From: Planctomycetota bacterium
GTDB lineage: Bacteria; Planctomycetota; Phycisphaerae; SM23-33
Assembly: GCA_030635145.1 (NCBI GenBank)
Contig: DAOVZK010000002.1
Coordinates: forward strand, 21,119-85,118
Length of the DNA stretch: 64,000 nt
Direction of reading: 5' to 3'
Numbering within the stretch: position 1 is the stretch's first letter; every line of letters starts with the position of its first letter. This document shows positions 56,971 to 64,000 of the stretch, in pieces. The notes under the pieces were generated by a model. The model made no database searches. It was not told the DNA's origin and was given only the letters and a program-made list of their open reading frames with translations. The position numbers were made by a program, and so were the translations under genes.

Positions 56971-58748
56971 TGGCTACCATCCCATTGGGGGTAATTGAAA
57001 CCGGACACTTGTCCATCTTGCTGCTGTTGGGTTTTGCGTTGTTCGGCGGATCGATGGGGGCGAGGTTATTCCAGAAAATGCGAATTCCGCAGGTCGTCGG
57101 ATACATTGCCATCGGTTTGCTGATAGGTGAGAGCGGGTTCAAACTCATAGCGTCAGCCGACGTCGAAAATTTTCGGCAGTTCAATTATTTCGCGCTGGGC
57201 ATCATCGGATTTCTCGTCGGCGGTGAGCTTAAGGGCGCGATCTTCAAAAAGTACGGCAAGCAGTTCATGGCGATTCTGCTGGGCGAAGGCTTGGGGGCCT
57301 TTCTGCTGGTTGGAATTTCGACGGGTTTGTTCCTGTACTTTCTGATCGACAATCCCACCATCGCGTTGGCTGGTGGCATCGTGTTTGGCGCAATCGCGTC
57401 GGCCACCGACCCAGCGTCGACCATCGACGTTTTGTGGGAGTATCGCAGCAAGGGCGTGCTGACGACGGGATTAGTCGCGATCGTTGCCCTCGACGACGCA
57501 TTGGCGATGACGTTGTACGGTTTGGGAACCGCAGCTGCGGGAATGCTGATGGGCGGGTCGGATTCGTTTGCCGTCGCCATCGGAAAAGTCTGCATCGAAC
57601 TCTTCGGTGCAATCGGCGTTGGGGCAGCAGCCGGTTTGATACTGAACTTCATCATCCGCCACCTCCATCAACCCGACAAAACTCTCACCGTCGCCATCGG
57701 ATCTATCCTGATTGTGATCGCCGCGTCCGTAATTTGGGAGATGGACGTAATCCTGGCGACCATGACCATGGGCGTTGTGCTAATCAACATCGCGCCGCGC
57801 CGCTCAAAAGACCTTTTCAAAATCGTCCGCAGTTTCTCTCCGCCGATATACGTAATCTTCTTCGTGCTCGTGGGGGCAAGGCTTGGCATCGGGTCAATGC
57901 CTGGTTGGATGTGGGGCATCGTGGGATTGTACGTGTTTTTTCGCACGCTTGGCAAAATGGTCGGAACGTATGTTGGTGCCAAAATCACCAAGGCCCCGGC
58001 CGTAATCCAAAAATACGCGGGAATGGGCCTGTTCGCTCAGGGCGGAGTGGCGGTGGGTCTTTCGATTATGGCTGGGCAGCATCTTGGGGACTACGAAGTC
58101 ACCGGTGGCATGATGCTCGGTGATATGATCATCTTCGGTGTGACAGCAACAACGCTAATCGTGCAAATTCTCGGCCCGCCGATGGTTAAGTTGGCGATTC
58201 GGCTGGCGGGTGAATCCGGGATGAACATCACGCGCGAGGATCTCCTGAAATCTTACAGCGTCGCGGATATAATGGTAGCTGACCCGGCGACGTTATCCGA
58301 GGGCGACTCGTTCCACAAAATCATGCAGACGCTCAGCACCACCGACGCGATGACGTATCCGGTCGTCGACGAAAACAAAACGCTGCTGGGTATCATCACG
58401 GTGGAGGGGCTAAAAACGTCGCTGGGCCAGCAGAGTCTCTCGCAGCTATTGGTAGCCTACGACCTTATGCAATCTCCACCGGACACCGCCTCGCCCGACA
58501 TGCCGCTCGAAACAGCAATGACACTTATGCGCGAACAGAACCTGGAATACTTAACGGTTACGTCACCGTCGCAAGATGGCGACGGTAAGCAGCTGGAAGG
58601 TTTGCTGGAATATCGAAGAGTCGAACGGAAACTCGATCACGAACTTCTCCGCCGCCAGGAAGCCGCCTCCGATTGCGAACAATCGATGCTGCTGAAGGCT
58701 GCGATTCAAAAACATCGTAAAAATACTGGTCTGACGAGCGAGAAATGA
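56970..58748 (+). CDS. CPA2-type monovalent cation/proton antiporter with a C-terminal CBS pair
   Basis: ~12 TM helices with GIIGFLVGGELK-like cation/H+ exchanger segments. C-terminal CBS motifs (SVADIMVADPATLSEGDSFHKIMQTL..., TYPVVDENKTLLGIITVEGL). The start overlaps the ptsN-like stop (TAATG). Confidence 0.8.
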   Translation: MATIPLGVIETGHLSILLLLGFALFGGSMGARLFQKMRIPQVVGYIAIGLLIGESGFKLIASADVENFRQFNYFALGIIGFLVGGELKGAIFKKYGKQFMAILLGEGLGAFLLVGISTGLFLYFLIDNPTIALAGGIVFGAIASATDPASTIDVLWEYRSKGVLTTGLVAIVALDDALAMTLYGLGTAAAGMLMGGSDSFAVAIGKVCIELFGAIGVGAAAGLILNFIIRHLHQPDKTLTVAIGSILIVIAASVIWEMDVILATMTMGVVLINIAPRRSKDLFKIVRSFSPPIYVIFFVLVGARLGIGSMPGWMWGIVGLYVFFRTLGKMVGTYVGAKITKAPAVIQKYAGMGLFAQGGVAVGLSIMAGQHLGDYEVTGGMMLGDMIIFGVTATTLIVQILGPPMVKLAIRLAGESGMNITREDLLKSYSVADIMVADPATLSEGDSFHKIMQTLSTTDAMTYPVVDENKTLLGIITVEGLKTSLGQQSLSQLLVAYDLMQSPPDTASPDMPLETAMTLMREQNLEYLTVTSPSQDGDGKQLEGLLEYRRVERKLDHELLRRQEAASDCEQSMLLKAAIQKHRKNTGLTSEK

Positions 58749-58838
58749 CGATTATTTATTAGAGGCTGTTTCAGTGGGATGTGTATGCATTGTGCGAAAC
58801 GCAACCGCTGCGGTAACCTCGGTAGAAGGAGCTTTGCG

Positions 58839-59366
58839 ATGAAAACATTGGGTATCATTTTTTCAGTTTTAGTATGCGTTGCAGTTGCCGGTTGCATGGT
58901 GCCGAAAGACGACTACGAAAAAGTCTCAGCCGAGCTTACCAACGCACAACAACTTACCAAAGAAGCCAACGACGCCCATCTGAAAGTCGCCGAGGAAAAC
59001 CGGCAACTCCAAACCACTCTGAGAGAAACGCAGACGAAGCTCAACCCGGTACAAAAAGAACTCGACGAGGTCAAAGCACAACTCGCCGACTCCAAGGCCA
59101 CACACAAAAAAGATGTCTCTACGCTTGAAGCAGAAAACGAAAAGCTCCAAACCGAGTGCGACGATGCCGCAGCCAAAACGAAAAAGACTAAAAATCAGCT
59201 CACCACCTGCCAGTCAGAACTGGAGGTTGCAAAGAAAAAGAATCAAGGTCTGCTGGAAATGATCGATCGGCAGAAGCTGATAATCAAGGATCTGGAGAAA
59301 AGCAACGCCGCCGCGAGCAAAAATATCGACCCCAAAACCGGCCCCTCTTCCACGCCACAGAAATAA
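58839..59366 (+). CDS. coiled-coil lipoprotein
   Basis: MKTLGIIFSVLVCVAVAGC lipobox then the coiled coil LQTTLRETQTKLNPVQKELDEVKAQLADSKATHKKDVSTLEAENEKLQTE. Confidence 0.6.
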   Translation: MKTLGIIFSVLVCVAVAGCMVPKDDYEKVSAELTNAQQLTKEANDAHLKVAEENRQLQTTLRETQTKLNPVQKELDEVKAQLADSKATHKKDVSTLEAENEKLQTECDDAAAKTKKTKNQLTTCQSELEVAKKKNQGLLEMIDRQKLIIKDLEKSNAAASKNIDPKTGPSSTPQK

Positions 59367-59983
59367 GCGGCTGGAATCATGCTAGACATTTTTCAGTTTT
59401 TTGTCCCGAAATGCCGCGCATCGGCCTCGAAATGTATAAATCCACGAAAAAACTTTTCGCGACAATGTCGGCCTCTCGAAAAAAAAGAATCCCCTCAAAA
59501 CTCTACCTCCCCAGCTTAGGATTACGAAATCTATCGGAAATAAATTCCAGTGGCATATTCGGCGACATTTCAAAAACAGCCCCTTTTTTCACGTTTTTTT
59601 TGGCGTTTTAAATATTTTCACCCAATAGCAGGGCACAATAAAACGCCTTGTAACCTCAAAAATCGATCGGCCTGGCCGAAGCAGATGTTTTTTTCGTGTC
59701 ATTTATTCCTGGATTTTATGAAAACCCCTTGCAATTTTGCCGAACAATCATAATATTTTCCACTTCATTCAATTCCATAAGGCCGGTACAATACATGTGG
59801 TCTCGGGTTGTTTGGGTTTTTTTCAGCTGTGTAAAGAACCGGTGTGTTTGTGATGTAACTGGTTGTATACGCGGGAAAGTCCGAGTCTTGGAGACCGACG
59901 GGGCTTTCTTGGTTTTGTATTTGGTATAACATCGCTTACATACGTCCTCATAACTGCGTGCGAAGTACTCAGGAGTGTGTCAG

Positions 59984-60580
59984 ATGGCTATAGGACGAGT
60001 GAAGTGGTATGACAAGGGTAAGGGGTATGGTTTCATTGAGAGTCCTGAAGGGGATGTGTTTTTCCACTTCAGCGACATCCACATGGATGGTTTTAAGGCG
60101 CTCGCCGAAGACCAACGCGTTTCCTATCGTGTAACTCACAGTGAGCAGGGTTTAAAGGCTCGCGAAATTCGGCCGTTGGACAACCGCGCTACGGTTCGCC
60201 ACGCCGCAAGATATCGCACAGTAATCCTGATGAAACTCAAATCCGGGTGTGAACAGGCATTCGACAATGTCTTTACGGACATTCCCGCATGGTTCGACTC
60301 GTTCGAGCAGGATATCGGGGTTCGCCGAATCGGCACGTGGCGAAACGATACCGCCGCCGTGCATCTTATCGAATCCGATCGCCCTTACGACCAGTCGCTA
60401 AAGTCGGCTGAGACTACCCCTAATTGGGAACACTTCACCCAGTGGCAAGGCGAACTTGATGCACTGCTCGAAAGCGAATCCATCGAAATGAACCCCGTCC
60501 AACCTGACGAGGTTGAAGAAGACGTCGAATCGGATGAGACGCAAGAGCAGGTGGAAGAAGTTTCTACCGAAGAAGCTTAG
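59984..60580 (+). CDS. cold-shock domain protein with a long acidic C-terminal extension
   Basis: [32 protein letters not shown] (CSD RNP motifs). AGGAG RBS. A ~600-bp AT-richer 5' leader/intergenic region lies upstream. Confidence 0.75.
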   Translation: MAIGRVKWYDKGKGYGFIESPEGDVFFHFSDIHMDGFKALAEDQRVSYRVTHSEQGLKAREIRPLDNRATVRHAARYRTVILMKLKSGCEQAFDNVFTDIPAWFDSFEQDIGVRRIGTWRNDTAAVHLIESDRPYDQSLKSAETTPNWEHFTQWQGELDALLESESIEMNPVQPDEVEEDVESDETQEQVEEVSTEEA

Positions 60581-60646
60581 GGTAATGCGGCACAACGGCG
60601 GGCTTTCCGCTGGATATCGGCGTCTGCTGGCGTGTATACTTCTGCT

Positions 60647-61012
60647 ATGCTGATACGAATCAAAGAGCTTCGACTCAACACCATTATCGGTACGAACCCG
60701 TGGGAGCGGGAAACTCCGCAGCAAATCGTCGTTAACATCGAAATGACCGTCGACGGAAAAACTTCCGCTGCAAGCGATGACCTCAACGACGCCGTCGACT
60801 ACGCCAATATCACCGAGCAAATCATTCAACGCGCCGCCGAGTGGAAATTCTTCCTGCTCGAAAAGCTAGCTACCGAAATTCTCAAAATCATCATCAACGA
60901 CGAACGCGTACTCACCGCCAGCGTCGAAACCGAAAAGCCCGCAGCTGTCCCCGACGCGAATGGTGTGTCGATTACCGTCAAATACGATCGCGAATCCGGG
61001 GTCATCGAATAG
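60647..61012 (+). CDS. folB: dihydroneopterin aldolase
   Basis: MLIRIKELRLNTIIGTNPWERETPQQIVVNIEMTVD...DDLNDAVDYANITEQI fits the FolB pattern. Confidence 0.75.
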   Translation: MLIRIKELRLNTIIGTNPWERETPQQIVVNIEMTVDGKTSAASDDLNDAVDYANITEQIIQRAAEWKFFLLEKLATEILKIIINDERVLTASVETEKPAAVPDANGVSITVKYDRESGVIE

Positions 61013-61023
61013 CATCTGAAACT

Positions 61024-61932
61024 ATGGAACAGCAGGTAAAAAAACCAGAGCGGCTGACACCGCGCAGGGTTACCTTCCTCGGGTTGGTGATGAACCTTAC
61101 GCTTGCCGGTGCCAAAATCGCAGCTGGGTTCGCTTTCTCCAGCAAAACCATCCTCGCCGATGGTGTCCACTCGCTGACCGATCTCGTCACGGACTTCGCC
61201 GTGCTCATCGGGCTGAAATACGGCGATGCCCCCCCGGACGAGTCGCATCCATACGGGCATCGGCGGGTGCATACGCTGGTGGCGCTTTTCGTGGGAATCG
61301 TCCTGCTGGTCACCGCAGGTTGGATCGGGCTTTCGGCGATCATGCAGCTGCACGGGCATACAGCAAAAACCATTGATGGACCAATACCGCTGATTCTGGC
61401 GTTGCTGACGATACCTGCAAAGGAACTGCTGTTTCGCCTTACGCGGCGAGTCAGTCGGCGAGACGGCAACCCCGCGTTGCTGGCAAATGCGTGGCACCAC
61501 CGAAGCGATGCGGTGACTTCGATAGTGGCGGCGGTAGGTATCGCAGGAGCAATGTTCCTGGGGCCGAAATGGGCGATACTCGACGACATCACAGCTGCGG
61601 TTTTGGCGGCGTTTATTCTGGCGGCCGCGGCGAAAATGATCCTCACCTCGGTTCTCGAACTGACCGACCACGCCCCACGCCCCGAACTGATCTCACGCAT
61701 CGAAAAAATCGTAGCCGATACCCCCGGTGTCGAGTGTTACCATCAGCTGCGAGCACGCAAACTCGGCGGGCAGGTTGACATGGACATTCACGTACTGGTC
61801 GATCCGAACCTGACCGTCGAGCAAGGGCACGGCGTTGCCAAGGCTGTTCGCGTGGGAATTCTAAACGCCGACCTCAGTGTGCAGCAGGTAATCGTACACA
61901 TCGAACCATACCACCCCGCCGAAAAACCGTAA
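61024..61932 (+). CDS. cation diffusion facilitator (CDF) family metal efflux transporter
   Basis: HSLTDLVTD, HPYGHRRVHTL, six TM helices and a C-terminal cytoplasmic domain. The ORF-track start at 60841 overlaps folB and is rejected in favour of ATG 61024. Confidence 0.85.
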   Translation: MEQQVKKPERLTPRRVTFLGLVMNLTLAGAKIAAGFAFSSKTILADGVHSLTDLVTDFAVLIGLKYGDAPPDESHPYGHRRVHTLVALFVGIVLLVTAGWIGLSAIMQLHGHTAKTIDGPIPLILALLTIPAKELLFRLTRRVSRRDGNPALLANAWHHRSDAVTSIVAAVGIAGAMFLGPKWAILDDITAAVLAAFILAAAAKMILTSVLELTDHAPRPELISRIEKIVADTPGVECYHQLRARKLGGQVDMDIHVLVDPNLTVEQGHGVAKAVRVGILNADLSVQQVIVHIEPYHPAEKP

Positions 61933-61945
61933 CCAATGACGCAAG

Positions 61946-62196
61946 TAAGCGTTCACGCTCTTATTCCTGTTAATCAAATATTTTTACCGAAGTTTTTCTT
62001 AAACATTCTTTTTTTGACAGGATCACAGGATTAACTATAAATTATTGAAAAAGAAAACAAAAACTATTAACGGTAAACCCCGTTGCAACGGTGCAGGGTT
62101 GAATTCTATCAGACGTACAACCTTTTAAATTATGATTAACAGGATTTTTAACCTATATCCTATCCTGTTATCCTGTCAAAATTTTCGCGTGAATGG
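61946..62196. repeat. AT-rich intergenic repeat element, copy D
   Basis: taaGCGTTCACgctcttaTTCCTGTTAATC...tttttTTGACAGGATCACAGGATTAACTATAAAttattgaaaaagaaaac...GATTAACAGGATTTTTAAcctatatcctATCCTGTTATCCTGTCaaaattttcgcGTGAATgg. It is near-identical to copy A over the central block and ends ~95 bp upstream of argG. Confidence 0.75.
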
Positions 62197-62291
62197 TTAC
62201 TGACGCAACCAAGCAGATTTCACTGGAAGCAAATCCTCAAAATGATACAATCCCTCCTTCGTTGTTAATGAATAATTTCAGGAGAAGTCTC

Positions 62292-63506
62292 ATGGCGAAG
62301 CAGAAGATTAAAAAAATCAAGAAAATCGTGTTGGCATATTCCGGCGGATTGGATACGTCAGTCATTCTTCCATGGCTGAAGGACAAGTACGAGTGCGAAG
62401 TCATCGCATACGTCGCAGACGTCGGGCAGGATCGCAGCGAGCTTGTGGGCATTGAGAAAAAGGCTCTGGCCAGCGGTGCGTGCAAGTGCATCATCGACGA
62501 CCTGCGGAAGGAATTCGCCGAGAAGTACTGCTTCCCCATGCTGGCTGCCGAGGCGGTCTACGAAAACGTGTACCTGCTCGGCACTTCAATCGCTCGCCCG
62601 ATAATTGCCAAGGGACAGGTCGACTGCGCCAAAAAACACAACGCCGACGCCGTCGCGCACGGTGCTACGGGTAAAGGCAACGACCAGGTTCGATTCGAGC
62701 TGACGTTCATGGCACTTGGCCCGAAACTCAAAATCATCGCGCCGTGGAAAGATCCCTCATTCGAGCTGACCTCCCGAGAGGCCGCCATCGAATACGCCAA
62801 GGAAAAAGGCGTGCCGATCTTCCAGACGAAAAAAAAGATCTACTCGCGGGATGCGAACTTGTGGCATATCTCGCACGAAGGTGCCGACCTCGAAGACCCC
62901 ACAAATGAACCGCAGGATTCGCTCTGGACGATGAGCGTTCCGCTGAGCAAGGCTCCGGCGAAACCCGGATACGTGCAGATCGATTTCGTCAAGGGCGTTC
63001 CCGTTGCGATTGACGGTGTACGGCTGGCAGGGCATGACCTGATCCAGAAGCTAAACATCATCGGCGGAAAGCATGCCGTCGGGCAAACCGACCTCGTCGA
63101 GAACCGATTAGTCGGAATCAAGTCGCGGGGTTGCTACGAGACACCCGGTGGAACGATTCTGTACGAAGCCCATCGGGCACTGGAGAGCATCACGCTCGAC
63201 AAGGAAACGCTGCACTACAAGCAGCAGGTCGGTTTGAAATACGCAGAGATGATTTACAACGGGCAATGGTTCTGCCAGCTGCGACACGCAATCGATGCGT
63301 TCATTAAGTCGACGCAGCAGAACGTCACGGGTTCGGTGCGGATCAAATGCTTTAAGGGCCACGCCCTACCGGCTGGGATCGAGTCGAAAAAGACTCTCTA
63401 CTCGCACGACCTTGCGAGCTTTACCATGGGCGAGGAATATACACCCTCCGACGCCACGGGATTCATCAAGCTGTTCGGGTTGCAGATGAAAGGCCGTGGT
63501 AAATAG
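62292..63506 (+). CDS. argG: argininosuccinate synthase
   Basis: VLAYSGGLDTS PP-loop and the ...GATGKGNDQVRFE... motif. AGGAGAAG RBS. The ORF-track start at 62193 is rejected. Confidence 0.9.
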   Translation: MAKQKIKKIKKIVLAYSGGLDTSVILPWLKDKYECEVIAYVADVGQDRSELVGIEKKALASGACKCIIDDLRKEFAEKYCFPMLAAEAVYENVYLLGTSIARPIIAKGQVDCAKKHNADAVAHGATGKGNDQVRFELTFMALGPKLKIIAPWKDPSFELTSREAAIEYAKEKGVPIFQTKKKIYSRDANLWHISHEGADLEDPTNEPQDSLWTMSVPLSKAPAKPGYVQIDFVKGVPVAIDGVRLAGHDLIQKLNIIGGKHAVGQTDLVENRLVGIKSRGCYETPGGTILYEAHRALESITLDKETLHYKQQVGLKYAEMIYNGQWFCQLRHAIDAFIKSTQQNVTGSVRIKCFKGHALPAGIESKKTLYSHDLASFTMGEEYTPSDATGFIKLFGLQMKGRGK

Positions 63507-63768
63507 CAACGGGAAGTAGGGTCGGCCATTGCCGACCAATTTCCGCGCTGTCATTGCGAGGAGCGTAGCGACGCGGCAATCCCTAGCAGGGGCGGCAATC
63601 GGCAATGCCAGAGTTAAGGGCGGTGTGACCGTAGCGATTATTATTGCCTCCGCTGCTAGCGGCGAGATTGCTTCGCTTCGCTCGCAATGACAATGTTAAT
63701 ATTACCTCCAGCGTTGCCGATGGTCGGGGATGGCCGACACTACGAGACTTACCCATCAACATAGCCGG

Positions 63769-64000
63769 CTACCACGGGTTTGATTGCACGATACGCGCGG
63801 TGCTTCGGAATTCGTCGGGAATTTTTCCGACAACGTCGGCAGCCTCGGATTCGCTGTCGCAAAGTACGAACAACGTACTGCCACTGCCGCTCATGCACAG
63901 CGGAAGCTCCACGCACGATGCTATCGCCTGGTAAATTTCGGCTAGTTGCGTAAACAATCCCATCGCCGGTCGAGTCAAATCGTTCACCATCAAGTCTCGC
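63769..64000 (-). CDS. GHMP-kinase C-terminal fragment, IspE-like (4-diphosphocytidyl-2-C-methyl-D-erythritol kinase). The N-terminus lies beyond the window.
   Basis: The C-terminus ...CMSGSGSTLFVLCDSESEAADVVGKIPDEF resembles the IspE GHMP motif-3 region (SGSGPTVFAL). Confidence 0.5.
   Translation of the reverse strand, partial: RDLMVNDLTRPAMGLFTQLAEIYQAIASCVELPLCMSGSGSTLFVLCDSESEAADVVGKIPDEFRSTARIVQSNPW

Noticed and set aside
60841-61023. N-terminal 61-aa Arg-rich extension of the CDF transporter ORF overlapping folB
   Set aside because: It overlaps folB out of frame and is extremely Arg/His-rich, consistent with GC-rich off-frame translation. The ATG at 61024 immediately precedes the conserved TM1 region.
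62193-62291. Upstream start for argG at 62193
   Set aside because: It runs into AT-rich repeat element D. MAKQKIKK at 62292 has a strong AGGAGAAG RBS and aligns with ArgG N-termini.

Overview
The window is a high-GC (~57%) bacterial chromosome segment, probably Planctomycetota-like. The evidence is a MoxR/DUF58/BatA-type cluster, giant secreted β-propeller proteins and many lipoproteins. Housekeeping genes are interspersed with low-GC (~30-37%) accessory islands. Recognisable housekeeping genes are dnaE (partial), uxaC-like, a SpoIID-like gene, trpF, a UbiA-family prenyltransferase, galK, mutS, cdsA, a ptsN-like EIIA, a CPA2 antiporter, a cold-shock gene, folB, a CDF transporter, argG and an ispE-like C-terminal fragment. 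There are three tRNAs (Gln, Leu, Thr), all on the minus strand. The three most unusual items are these. (1) A four-copy family of ~210-250 bp AT-rich intergenic elements at 3348, 7630, 9344 and 61946. All four are in the same orientation, are built from nested inverted and direct repeats of the heptamer ACAGGAT, and carry an embedded TTGACA-N16-TAtaAa promoter-like module. (2) A ~21.6 kb co-directional, translationally coupled cluster at 12788-34340. It combines a 1.55k-aa TPR/PQQ-propeller protein, a prenyltransferase-like toroid protein, MoxR, DUF58, three consecutive double-TM-anchored vWA/Bat-like proteins, a 733-aa K/E-rich coiled-coil protein, a TPR protein and an NPCBM-domain protein. 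A low-GC lipoprotein gene is inserted between moxR and DUF58. (3) A cluster of envelope lipoproteins at 42640-48309 built from LPP20/FlgP-like and CsgG/LpoB-like modules, including a triple-LPP20 protein and an inverted paralogue pair. Further accessory features are a ~20-unit 21-bp tandem array with a palindromic GTAAnnTTAC core inside a low-GC island that also holds a GIY-YIG-like gene, REP-like palindromic elements sharing a perfect 42-bp hairpin, IS630- and IS5-family transposase remnants flanking a Gfo/Idh/MocA oxidoreductase, and a leaderless low-GC DUF2089+SHOCT cassette. All calls rest on reading the sequence and on family motifs recalled from memory. No database search was run.
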